Shown in pieces: positions 25,886 through 39,302 of a stretch of DNA of 64,000 nt. Source of the stretch: Trichinella spiralis (taxonomy: Eukaryota); assembly GCF_000181795.1 (NCBI RefSeq), contig NW_003526945.1, positions 3,031,144-3,095,143 on the forward strand, given 5' to 3'. A program made the translations under genes and the position numbers. The notes beneath the pieces are model-generated. The model was given only the letters and a program-made list of their open reading frames with translations. It searched no databases and was not told where the DNA came from. Each line of letters starts with the position of its first letter. The first letter of the stretch is position 1.

Positions 25886-28800
25886 TTGTGAATCTGTGAC
25901 TGACAAACTATTTTTGACAATACACTTACTTCCACATGGCAAATTACAGTATTTTGTATTTATAATGAAGGTCAATTTTTTTGTTCTTCAAACTGAGTTG
26001 CTACTTCGGTTGAAAATATTTATTTTTACCTTATTTTTAGTTTTATTTTGTAATAAACAGTTTTTTTCATATGTTCAAAGTGCACTACGGTTTTATGACC
26101 ATTTGATTCCTCTGTCGATCGATTTACAACTTGAACAGAGTTTTCCAGTCTTGTATACTCTGATATTAATTTTTTTCAAAGAAGATTTGAAAAATTTGAA
26201 ACAAAAATGCATTATTATTAACTGAATGCTGAATATTGATTGAAAAATGCTCATTCACGTTCAACAGTTTTGTCAATTGAACTTATTTTTAGTAAAATAT
26301 GAAAAAATTGAATATATAATAATGTGAATAATATATAAATAACAATTATTTTATAATTTTATTTTCAATATGTCAAACAGCTTGATTTTTTTTCATTTTT
26401 TCCACCACAGTTACCGTAATAGCTTACTGTAAAATTTAAATCACGTATATTTAATTATTCTATTTTTGCATTTGTTTTATTGGGTCGTCATGATTGAATT
26501 CTACGTTATGCTTATAGATTCTTGGGCGTTAATTTGTTAGCAGATTTTGTATATTCTTTAAAACGCTTTATTATACAATGGAGAAATTTCAGATGAATAA
26601 TTTATTCTTAATAACCAACCATAACAGCGGCTAATAATAGAATGCCAATCTGTTGTGTTTTTTCAGTCGAACAAGTTTCGATTTAAACTATTTTTTCTGT
26701 TATTTATTTATATTTTTTGCAGCTACAGTAAGTAAGAACATCAACGACATAATTGTTGGGAACAGTTGTGTCATTGTCGTTGTCAGTAGTGATTTTATAA
26801 TCATTGCAATATTTTATAACATTATCTGTTATGGCTTTGTTGAGTTATTAATGTATATGTGAAATGTTTCGAAACGTCGATAAAAATTTTCTACGGCTGA
26901 TTCCAGCAACTAGTTGAATAATAATATTTGTGCAATTGCTGCGTGTTGTTTTCACAAATCGTAATAAAATAAAATAACCAAGGCTAAGAAAAGAAAAGAT
27001 TGCCGGTTTTAAATGTGATATTTGTCAGAGACGACGAAGGTCAGAGTAATATGCAAAATATCGTTAGCCTATTTAAACAGCTGCTCATATTTAAATAAGA
27101 AATTGAAAAATGAATTTTATACATTTAACTAGTAATTTCGAAGACTTTAAGTTTATAAAATCTAATTTAGAAAGTGTTAAAGTAAACTGAAATTTTTGAA
27201 TGGATAAATAAGGATGTATTATGTTGAACAATCTCATGTATTAACGTAACACATTTTCTTGGAATTCTTGTTATACATACACACAAGGCGAATTAGTTGT
27301 TCAATTGCAAAAAATAACCATTGCTAATAAATGATCTGCAGGAAGTGTCTGGTAAAAAGTGAATAAAAGAGTGATTTACAATTTCAAGAGCTATTTATTA
27401 TATTTCTGGTTGTTGAACAAAGAACAGCGTAGTTATTCATTCATCATTTAACATCAGCAGTATGCGCTATTTCAAGTAAAACATGTTGAAATCAATTATC
27501 AATGCTAAAATAATGCTGAAAGTTATAAATTTCAACTCTGCTTCCTTTGCGAATTTTTTGTTGTGTTTGATTGGTGTTTTATGAAAAAAATCTTCCTGTT
27601 GGTTAAATTTGGGTTCAATATGATTGGCCAAAATAATTTTTGATTTGTTACGAAAATAATATCAATCGAATCTTCAATTGAAATGTTCGGTTTTTGCTGG
27701 AATTTTAATTAAAGAAGTCATTTAATTTCAAAAAATGTCCTGATTGTTGGAACAAATGCTACTGATTTCATTACAAGCGATCACCGTTTTGCAAAGTTCT
27801 GCAAATGTGAACAAATTTTGGATTTTGTGAAATTTTCAACTAACAGAAAAGCCGTTTCTTGTTCATCGTCTATGCCACCCAATAGGGAAATTTATTTCCA
27901 CTGACGAACGTTTTTAAAAAGCAACTATTTCAGTCGGCGATTTGTTCAAATGAGAGCAGCTGCTCAATGGCAGGCAACTGATCACATAAAACTTTTCTCT
28001 TACTACTACTGGTTGGAAGGCAATTTTCGAAGAGATATTCGTCATTTTCAGCTATTCGTTGGCAATTCTTTCCGGTTGCAGATATGAAAATTTTCAGCTT
28101 CAATGCTTACTTTACTCTTGCTACAGGGCAAATATTCGACTGAGCAACAGTTTTCTTTTCTTTTCGAAACATCACGTCTATCTTGACAATGTAAAATTGA
28201 GAGGCAAACTGACAGGGGCCATCGCAAAGTATTGGCTTCAACTTGAACATTAAATAGTAATTTGAAAATTTTAAAACAAAGTATTCATCACAGAGGACAC
28301 GTACTTATTGACAAATGCAATGTGTATCAAACATCTGGTAATTAATTATAGATTGAGATTTGATGAACAAATTTCAAATAAAACAGTGTTGAATCAAATA
28401 TTATCATCAGCTGTAAGATTTGATCAGAAGTCGCAGAACAGCAAACCGTTCGCTGCTTTTACCAAATATTACGGTGTGACAGTGTGATCGATATGAGAAT
28501 TGTTGATTGCTGACGGATAAAATATATTGAACATTTCAATCGTGAAATGTGCAACATTGATCACATCACACAGTTCACTGCTTGCTGATGATGAACAGTT
28601 TGCGATTAATTTTAAATAAGCGAAATAAATATGCAGAATGTGCAAAAACAATAAAATATTCTTTTTAAATACAAATATTAAAAATATTAATTAGCTAAGA
28701 TAAATCAGATATTAAATATGCAGACAAATTGTGAAACACTGCTTTCTTTGTAAAGCAAAGGGAAAACTGAAATTGGATTATTATAATTTGCAAATGAGAG

Positions 28801-28889
28801 AACGAAATTAATAATTAATTCGTTGTCATGCTTGGACTGTTTATTTATCAACAATTACACAATGTTCAGACGAGACGACAAAAAAAGAA

Positions 28890-28928
28890 ATAATAATAAT
28901 AATAATAATAGTAATAATAATAATAATA
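28890..28928. repeat. (AAT)n microsatellite downstream of the macoilin stop (probably 3' UTR)
   Basis: Imperfect AAT run. Confidence 0.9.
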
Positions 28929-30397
28929 AATTGCAAATATTCAACGGTACTGTAAGAACAACGGTACCACTGTGCACCAAGAAAGCTTGCTCAGCGGTTA
29001 TGGACAAAGGAAAGAACCGATGCAGTGGCCAACTGAAACGAACCACTCATTTTATTAACTGTTTTATTCGCTGTGACTTGTGGCGCAATCGACACTGCCG
29101 CTTGCAGCAGAAGAGGGTGTGACGACATACTGCGTTGAGAGTCGGGTAGGGAGGGGAGGGGGCTGTTGTTGGCGCGTTGTTAAATAAATATCTGTTATCG
29201 TTAATATTCAAGGGTCGGCAAGGAAAGAGAAGCAAAAAAAGACGTACGCACAACGCGTAATTAACATTCTACATTGATGAATTTATCTGGGCAAAATGCA
29301 GGCAACGTGAAACGAAACATTTCGATAAGACAGACAGCTAAGAAAGAGAGAGGGAGGAGGGAGAAAGAAATGAAAAAAAATCGAAAAAGCATGCTTGCTA
29401 ATCAATTATGAATAGATACCGCCGCACTGTTGCTACAGCAGGATCAACTGTTTCAGCTAATAATAATAATAATAATAATAATGGAGTAAGAAAAATGCAA
29501 AATCACTAACAAAACAGAAAGATACAAAATTAAAATTAAAATCAAAAACAAAAAATAAATAACCAATATCACGAGCTAAATCTAGAGATAAATTTGACAA
29601 GCGCTAGAGATTTCAACTAGCCGCCCTGGAACGGTGTTATGGCCCAAAAGTAGGCTGTTTCATGAAATTCACAAATAAATAAATAAACAAATGCTCTTAC
29701 GGACACTTGTCTGTTGGATAATGGTTCTCGGCGAACAAAAATAAGTTAACGACCTCTTTGTGACTAATTTGCCAGAAAAGAAAAATCAAAGCAACAGGTT
29801 GCGGTACAACAAAATTTACAACTAACCATCCATCCACTCAGTGGTGGAGGAAAAAATTGAAAAGAAGAAAAAAATTCCGCGCATTGTCTGTCAACAGCTA
29901 CCTCAGAAAATATTTGCAAATGAATGCTAGGCACGAAAACAAAAAGTCTTATTAATTAGTAAATTAATTAATTAATTAATTATTCATATTTCTCTCATGT
30001 ATACAAATGAAATAACAAAAACCAACCAAAGAAAGGATAAAAAAGAGGGAAGGGATAAAAAATGAAGAAACAAAAATAAATAAATGAATAAGAAAAGAAA
30101 AGAGGCAAAAAAATGGAAACATAAAAGCTGAAAGAGAGGGGGCAAAAAAAAGATAAAAATACAGAGAAAACAACTAAAAACAAAAGTGAAATCAATGCAT
30201 ATTATTATGCAAAATTATATTAAACAACAAAAATTAATAAATAATACAATAGATGAATGAATTAATTAATACGGAGTGTACAATGGAAGTTTTCCAACGA
30301 TTACAACTGAGGGCTTTGAGTCTTAAAGCGGTAGCTGCCGGTGCTGCCGATTTTGTTATTCAATATCCTTGCCTGCATGTTCGGTGCTGGATAACTG

Positions 30398-33300
30398 CTA
30401 CACCTGGGTTCTTCCATTCCAAAAGGGGACACGTTTGCTCTTCAACAGAACAAAGAAATAATTTTTTTATAAAATATTCAAATGAACAAATAAACACACA
30501 GACACACACACACACATACGTGGACATGGAAAATGTAGAGTTGGTTTTATTTAAATATGTGCGTATTGAAGAAATAAATTCAACTTACATATATGTTGGT
30601 GAATAAACCGGTGGAGAGGGCGAAAGCAGAACAGCCTGTTCAACCTTTTGCCCTTCTGACGTGATAAATGCGCCACCTCGTACAGCGAGGTTGCAGTGGG
30701 CGTTCTGAGGCGGGGGACTCAGAGAAGAGGAGGATACGGTATTTTGAGGGGACTGCGTCGTACTGCCGTGATGCCGAACACCGTTGGAAAATTCGTTCAA
30801 CCTTCGCTGCAAGTCGACAATAACTTTCCTCTGTTCATCCAACTGACCTGAAAATAGCCAAAAAAACAAATAAATAAATAAACAAACAAACAAACACATG
30901 CGCACAAATAGGCAAAACATATACCGAGAACAATTTCGTGCTGTCTCTTCGATTCACCCAACGCCGAAAATAAGTCGAGCTTGATGCGAGTTTCGGCCGA
31001 AAGTGACGATTCCAAATGGGAATTTTTCCGTTCCATCTCCGCCACCGCGGCTACCAGCTGTTCCACAGCATTGGATTCTTTGAACAAGCGTAAATTTCGA
31101 ACTTCCGACTCCAACTTGCCGATCTGCTCTTCACGCTGCGTTAATTCTTTGCGTGCGTGTTTCAATTCTTTTTCACCATCACGTCGACGTCGACACTGTT
31201 CACAATCACCATTACTACAAACCGACAAACAATACAATACAATACAATTGACATCGTTCGTTTATTTAAATTTATCACCGATGTGATCCGGATGATGCAA
31301 CTGCCTGGTGACGACTGGATATCAGAGCCGCAGCCGCTTCTTCGGCTTTTTTCGTCGCTCGACGTTCCTGTTGAAGCTGCTGATCAAGGTGAGCTTTCGC
31401 TTTCTGCTCTTCGGCTATTTTCTTTTCCAGCCCGTTAATTACCTGCCGATCCTGTTGCCTGCTTCGCAACAGATTTTGAACCCTAAATATATACAAATTC
31501 ACGTCGACTTTTCAATTCATATTTATTTCATTTCAATCGATTCGTCGTCGTCGTCGTCTATCTATAATTTTTGCGCTTACCGTGTTTGCAGCTGCTCATT
31601 ATTAATTTTCAATTCATTCAGTTCACTTTTCAACGAACATTCTACATTGGACATTTCCATAAGTTGCAGGCGCAACTCCTGTTCACGCGACTTGCTCGTA
31701 CGCAAGTCAATTTTCATTTTTTCGAGATCTGCTTCACAGCTAAACAAACATGAATCATTAAACAACCGTACAAATAAGATCAGAAAAATAAATTCCCAAA
31801 GTACCCGCAATAAATGCTCGTGTCTCGATCAGTGACAGTTCTGATTCTCGCCAAAGTGCCGGTTGACGAACCAGTGGCATCCCGGACCGCGAAGATGTCC
31901 ATACCGGAACCGTCAGCCGACGCCACCGTTGGACCCGTACTGGCGCCACAGGCGCCACCACCACCTTTGCGACGGCTTTTCCTATTCTGCGCGGTTCTGT
32001 CGGCAGCCGGTGCCAATACAACCGTACAAGTTGCACTAGATGTCGGCAGTTTGCTATTGTTGGCCTGCTTGTTAGCAGCGGAAATTGGTGGGCCCATCGG
32101 GATGCAGTCGACCAATTTCCTCTGTTCGTCCTTATTTTCGCTGCTGGTCTCGCTGTCCGCGTAGTCGGTATCGTTGCAAGCGACCACACCACCGGAATAA
32201 TTATGCCCAAACCTGGCCGTCAGCCAGTCCAAACTACCAAAGATTTGTCGCAAGCTTGCCCACCACCAAGAAGTCAACTGTTCTTCGACCACTTTGGGCG
32301 GTTCCTGGTAAGGAACAGGATCGTTTTGGTTAACCTTTTTGCCGTTGAACTTCGTCCGTCGTTTTCTGATCTGCTTCTGACTGCTCGAATTCTGCCGTTG
32401 ACGGCTTGCAGGCGATGATACCAACTCAACACCACTACCACCACCAACACCGGAAAATAAGGCTCCACCGTTTCCAAGTGTCGGTTCACAGTCGATCACT
32501 GCCGGCTGAGTAGACTGTTTGCCGGTGCGGATTTTCGACTGAGAACCGCCAGTCGACTGGACCGTGCCCCTTGGCAACGCCACTTGCAGCGTGTTAACAC
32601 CGTCCGTCGTAGGGCTACCACCGTTTCCTACAATGTTCCCGTTCCGAACACTTCCTCCGCTTTCCTCTTTCAACTGCACACTTCCTCCTATACACACACA
32701 CACACACAGACAGACACACACACACAAATATACTTCGATACTATTTTAAAATGATCAAAATCATTTAATGATAAAAAAAATAACAACAAATTTATAAATT
32801 CTCTTACCTTTGCACTTCTCTGACGACACACTCACTTTGTCGGCCGGAAGGGCAAAGAACAGCAAACTCCAGTAAAACTGATTTGTGCGACTAATTTCCT
32901 TCTGGCGACGCTGCAATGAGAAATACTGGGATTTGAAAAAGTTCTCGAATAAATACAAAACACACTGGCAAATTATACCAAAATCCACCAATCACAAATC
33001 ATCAGAGAATAAACATATCGATCAACTAACTGTATGATGCATTGTGCAAATAACTCGTATGCAAATCACCGATGACTAATATCTGATGATTCACTCACTG
33101 AAATCTGTCAACATATGATAATTTCAAAATTCCACCAACCGGCTAGTGAAATGAATTCTTTTCCAAAACAATTGTAAAATAAAACGAATCTTTTCCCCCT
33201 TCCAATATATCTCATGCTTATTTGGTGACAAGAAGACGCTCAAATTGTCACAATAATAATCATCATCAACTAACTGAGCTTGATTTTAAGAAAACCTTTT

Positions 33301-35830
33301 TCAATACAACCTGATCAATAAAGCAAACCGTTAGAAACACAATCGAAACTATAGCTGCCGACTGATACTTATGCTTGAGTCAATCAACAACAATCTGCTA
33401 TGATTCGACTACTATAATTTGTTCTATTTTTCCAGCTGCTCCCGACAAATCATCATATACTTACGCAATAATTCAATAAATATAAAATGCAAATAACATT
33501 TTCCAACATTCTCTGCAATTGCACTTTTGAAGAATCAAAGTACATTACAAAATTTAAGTTACTCAAACAAAATTACCTCTGATTCCATTCTGAAGGCAGA
33601 TTTCGAGCGCGTTGTTCACCGATGCAGAATATGCGAATGAGTCAATTTAAAATAAAAACAGCTGCTTTTATATCTGTCTAAATCATTTTAAACCATTTAA
33701 CTGTTCGAACATTTCAATCAATTCAAGCTTTCAAATTAACGACACCTTGCAACAGAATACATCATATCCATATGAATTTTACACGTATTTAAGTACTTTT
33801 TCACTTAAACTGCTTGATCACTTTAAAACATTTTAATTTAATAAACATAACAGCATAATTTTCGAAAACCCTCTATTATTAATGAAACATTTGATATTTT
33901 GATATATTGAAGCTGCTAAATGCTAAAAATATATTACTAAATGAAAAACTGCCAAACTTTACTAATTACAACTCTAATCTCTAACTACTTGCTAAAGACT
34001 GAACACATTTATCAAAAAGCAGAATAATTGAAATTTAAATCAGAGTTAATAGAAAAGGAGAGTTGCAAAGCAAGTTGTGCCGAAAAAAAACACGCAAGCA
34101 ATGCGAATAACTACCTCGACATTACAACATGAATTATCCCATTCAAATAGCCACTGAAGCAGAATACTGAAACTTTCACTTCACTGATAACTGCTCTTAC
34201 TAAGCACAAATTTAGAAAAAAGTAATTCATTTTATATTAAAATAACTGAAAACTAAACATGTATTCACTCAAATGCGAGATGACCCACTGGGATGGTCAG
34301 AAGAGTAAGGTGCTCTTTTGTTCGAGCTTGATTATCCACTACAGTACACCTTATAAAAAAGACAACTAGCAGAATTGAACTTTTCCAAATATAATCGGGA
34401 AAGTTATTTCAAAAACTTATTTGTCTTTAGTAAAACAATAAAATATGTACAATGTTATTTTAAACAAAATTAATTTTAAATTTTGAATTATATATTTGAA
34501 AATTTTACTTGCCAACCGACTGAGAAATAACTGCCGAATGAAACTAAACTCAAGAAAAAAGTCAACTACCGCTATTAAAAATACATAATATAAAACAGAG
34601 AAGAACGCCCTCACATTCATGTCACAGGCTGAAAAAGTTAAAATCAATAAAAGATAACGCCAAACTATTAGTATAATAATAAAAAACAAAATTCGCAATA
34701 ATTAATGACATTCCCGAAGGCGACCACGTCGTTAAGCCGCTATAATTGTAGCGAAATGTTGCCGTGTCTATTAAACGAAACAATTAAAAAAAACGGATAA
34801 TACCCGCCTGCTATCCACAGATGTGAAATTTTCGACTCTCAATACAGGGACACTCATCACTAGACAGATGCTTAAAATTAAAAAGGCCCATTTACTTATT
34901 AGTGATTGAACCTTAATTTATGCGAGAAGCAGATAAACCTACAGTGCATTTATGAAAACTGGCACTTCTTCAATCCAGCTGGGCTAATCCCTGTTCAAAT
35001 ATGCATTCCTGTCGTAAAAAACAACAACTCACCAAACGAAGCCTGTAGCTAACGTAACTTTTGACATCAAACCCTAACGTCACAACGGGATAACCAATGC
35101 TGAAAAATACAATTCAAAAGAAAAGGTAAATAATAATGATAACAATGTAATGCGCTCACCAATGCGCCGCCAACGGTCGACAGAGATCCAAAGTAAATGG
35201 TAATGTTTTGAGCTCTTTTAACCGAACAGAAGTTTCGACATAGAGAAAAATCATCCACAGCGTTGTGGTCGGAAGGCAAATGCCTCGGTCCGCTAAAATT
35301 AATAAAAAAGCACTCTATATATCCCACGTTGAGGACAATAAGTATGCTTGGTTACCAGCGTGCCACACATACTGCACCCATACATATGTGCTGGCAATAA
35401 AAAAGACCCACTGAACGGGCACAAATATGAAACATATCACATCTGATGTAAATGTGACGCAAACAAAAAAAACCGTAAATGTCTGTTAAAAAACAAGCCG
35501 AATTAGTATAATGCAATTAAACAGTGGAACTATGAAAATACTAACCATTCCTTGATATCTGAAGGAATCGTAAATGCAACGCAACATCAACCAAAATGGC
35601 CAAAAATACTCGAAGCGAAAGTCTAACACAAAGTCTGCCATCATAACTACCGTCCAAACAAGAAGCATTTTAAAATATATAAGACTGCTAAAGTGAAAAG
35701 TTCGTTCACTAAACAGTGTATCATTTAAATGCAATAACTAATGAACTAACCTGCCGCAAAGACTTTCAGGCATTTTGTTCTTCTTAAATGCCCTCCTCAG
35801 CTTGGCGTTATCGGTAGTTCTACGCTTCAT
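30398..35830 (-). CDS. maco-1: Macoilin (TMEM57/MACO1); exons 35830-35751, 35687-35546, 35482-35356, 35292-35160, 35099-35033, 32910-32808, 32687-31805, 31739-31581, 31482-31279, 31214-30925, then 30847-30585 (unspliced stop) or 30847-30589 + 30439-30398
   Basis: MKRR..DNAKLRR; ADFVLDFRFEYFWPFWLMLR; PVQWVFFIASTYVWVQYVWH; DRGICLP; LCRPLAAHCIGYPVVTLGF; coiled coil with LESSLSAETRIKLDLFSALG. The 3' end is ambiguous. Confidence 0.93.
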
Positions 35831-38630
35831 GCTCACATCGACCTGAAATTTGCATTTATAGCAATTTCACGTTGATACAGATGTCAAACATCAAGTAATT
35901 TTCCCGGAACGATGAAAAATTAACGCTGAGAATTTCATTTGTTTCAGTTCGATAATGCCATTTAAATTCAAATTGACAATTTGCAAATAGTCTGACCAAA
36001 ACTTAAGTCATTTTAAATATACAGTGTTTTTCATAAAATAAGTAACAGAGAAAAAAACAATAAAAAAAAGAATCAAATCTAAGTCCAATCTGTTTCGAAG
36101 AGACAATCATTATCAATGGTTACTATGCAATTGAGGATGCATGAGGTATGTCAACAGGCTGCAAAAAACACAATGTGACAGCTCATACAAGTATCTCTCT
36201 CGGCCAAATATATACAATTTGTAAACAAAATTGGAACGGAAAATACAATTTGCCGCCACAACGGAACAGCACTGCAACAAATTTCACAGCCCGCTTGCAA
36301 TAATGACCATCAACACAACTACCGTAAGTAACCGTTTGGATGTTACATGATTTTCATATTTCAAAACTTAAATCTGCTTCATTAAAGAATATTTCAGATA
36401 AAAAAAGGTTACTCATGAAAATTAGCATTTAAAAACAATCATTTGTTATTTTTTCTATGCAATTCTAGCAATGTTTTATATTTGCAAATTTTAAAGTAGA
36501 ACAAATTACTGTAGAAGATACATGCATACTAAACTATTTGAATTTTGAAATGAAAATCAGCATTACTGATAGCATAAATTACTTCAAATAAAAACAGTTT
36601 TTAACAAATTTAAATAAACTTTTAACTGCAAAGTACAAAATTGGACAAACTAAAAAAATAAAAATCAATATTTTCTTTATTTGAAATATGATGTCTTATA
36701 CAAACAGTTTACAATGATCATTTAATATTTTGCGAATTTCATACTTTTATTTATTATTTGCAATATGAAAACATCTTGCTAAATTAAATTTCAATTAACG
36801 TGGAACTGTCCATGAAATATCATTACTGTTTTAACACTTACCAGAGAAACGGAGTTGCAGCTGCAGCAGTAGTAAAAATTCCAACACTAAATAAACGCAG
36901 TCAAAAGAGATACAGACAAGCGGGATGAGTCAGAAAATGCGAATTGCACCAATAATACGTTTAGCATTGCAACAGTGAAGGCAAATTAAATATGGTGCAA
37001 TAGATAACTTAAAATCACTTTTTTCAGTTCATGCAACACAAATTGATAATGAATCATTTGACATTGAATAATAGCAGTTCCTGCTATTTCATTAAAATTA
37101 TTGCATTACTGCATGAAATTTTTATAAAGAAAGTCACGCATAAAAAACATATTTTTCAAATCGGTTTTGGTGTATGCATTTTAGATTATAAATCTAAATT
37201 TGAAATGTACTCACTGTTTGTTGTAAATAATTGCTCACTTAAACAGGCATGCGTTGTAGATAAGATAGATAAACTGTACATTTTATTATGGAGCGCAATA
37301 TTTTTGAGACATTTTTGCAAAGATGAATTTCGATGTAAATAAACAAGAAGAGAGTTCACTTTAAGTGCTATGAGTTTTGATTATTCTAACAATATTGACG
37401 AACACATCAAGTACATTAATAATATAACAACGATAAAAGCAGATAAACTATCATTATTAATGAAGTGTAATTTTTGTATCCTAAGCACAGTGCTTCTTGC
37501 CATTTTTGTCGTTGTTTGGTCTGTCGAGCATCTATCCATTTATGCATTGCATATCTTTCAAATTTATTGTAAAAATTGGACTTTGGAAAAAAAATTACTG
37601 TGGAAAGCTTATTTATGTTATTTTATTTTATGGTATATTTATTATGGTTGCCTTAATCCTCTAACAATAAAATTGACTCATATTATTCAAAATGCTTTTT
37701 GCATTCATCTTTCAAAAATTCACATTTCTTTGTGACCATACAAAGTATAGTTAATGTTTTCACATGGCTTATTTTCCAGTTTAATATAATGAATGTAACA
37801 TAAGTGAAATGGAGCAATTACACTCGAAAAAGAAAAGATACAGTTAATAGACTTGTATTTTTTGTGATGATATTGAATGAACGGTCACGTCACGATTTTG
37901 GGATATGTTATTTATTTGTCTAAGCTTACGTGTAAAATGAGTGTGAAAAACGATGTGATTCATTTATAACACTGCAGGAAGTAGAGATACTGAATTTACC
38001 CAAAAATCCGTTTGAAAGTTGAATCATCAAAATTGCATGCATTAATCGGAAAAGTTAATCAATAATGATTCGAACAAAATGCTTACATCGTAGGTGGACT
38101 TCGTCGGAAGCCTTATGCAATACATTACAATTCAATGACAGAGGCGATGATATCACATTGTAAAATAAATAAACAAATCAATATGTCTGCCGTAATCCTC
38201 TTTCCTTTTTTAATGAAAAAATACTGCCAGGTAATTATCGTTCTCATTCAAGCAGATGAAAAAAAAGAATAAATGAATCAAAGCAGAACAATCGAAACGG
38301 TTAAGAATTTCAATTTGCATAATTGATACAATTCATATTAACTACATTCATAATACAGCTCTATGAACAACTTTAAGAAATTACTTTTTCAGTTTTAAAA
38401 TAAAATTCACTTTAAAATATTTTCCTACTGCTATTACTGCTATCAGCCGGCAAAATTAAAAAAAAATTTACTGCATGTGATAAAAAAGAAATTAAGCATA
38501 CAAAAAAGTGCAATAAGCATTTTCATTCATCGCAGAATGCTGTTTAATTTGAATAGAAATAAACAGTGTTAAAAAACAATGATAATGAATAATAACAAAA
38601 AATGTTTTAAGTAAAATATTCCACAGTAAC

Positions 38631-39302
38631 TCATTCTTCTTCTTCTTCTTCTTCTTCATCATCGTTGAAGGATAACAGTCGACTCATTTGCTCATCTTTG
38701 CTTAATATAGAATCAGTATGTTTTCGTTTTCTTTCATTTGAACATGAAGATTTGCTTTCTTTTGACGAAGGCTTTTGAAATGTAATATCTCCTCTTTCTA
38801 TCTTTTTTCCTAAAATGCATAATTACTAATGTACAATTCTGTTTTATCGATATGCTCATAACTGAAAACGTTTAAATTAAATAAACGTCATTACTGTTAT
38901 AAACTTAACGCTATATAAATATGAATAGCTGAAATACTTTCTTCATTCTCTGCGAGTTGTTTTACTTTTTCCTTGTATTCTTCCATTGTTAAATCGCCTT
39001 CCTGAAGTACAACAACGGTCGGCTGGTCTTCAGGGCCATCTGGCCTAGAATCAGCATCGTCTGAAGTCGCTGCTTGCCGCTAAAATTGCAAACTGTACAA
39101 AAAATTTGTTTAAATAAACAGGAATGTTTTTCATGAAAATAAAATATATGGCAGTAAAATGTTCGAAACAACAAAATTAATACTGCACCTTCGAATCAAT
39201 AGTAGGAGGTGGCTTATATCCCAATTTCTCTTTGATTGCTCTCAGAAATGGAGGTTCCTGAGGCTTGCTGTAAACAATTCCACTTCGTCTTCCTGATGCC
39301 AT
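38631..39302 (-). CDS. KIAA1143/DUF4604 family protein, 144 aa; exons 39302-39189, 39079-38938, 38809-38631
   Basis: IVYSKPQEPPFLRAIKEKLGYKPPPTIDSK / DQPTVVVLQEGDLTMEE / ITFQKP / C-terminal LLSFNDDEEEEEEE* match the family pattern as I recall it. GT-AG introns are in phase. Not captured by the ORF track. Confidence 0.85.

Noticed and set aside
26742..26776. 16-bp hairpin CAACGACATAATTGTT-GGG-AACAGTTGTGTCATTG
   Set aside because: Too short, with a 3-nt loop, for a pre-miRNA, and no other support.
29898..29905. let-7 8-mer CTACCTCA downstream of macoilin
   Set aside because: It is on the + strand, antisense to the minus-strand macoilin transcript.
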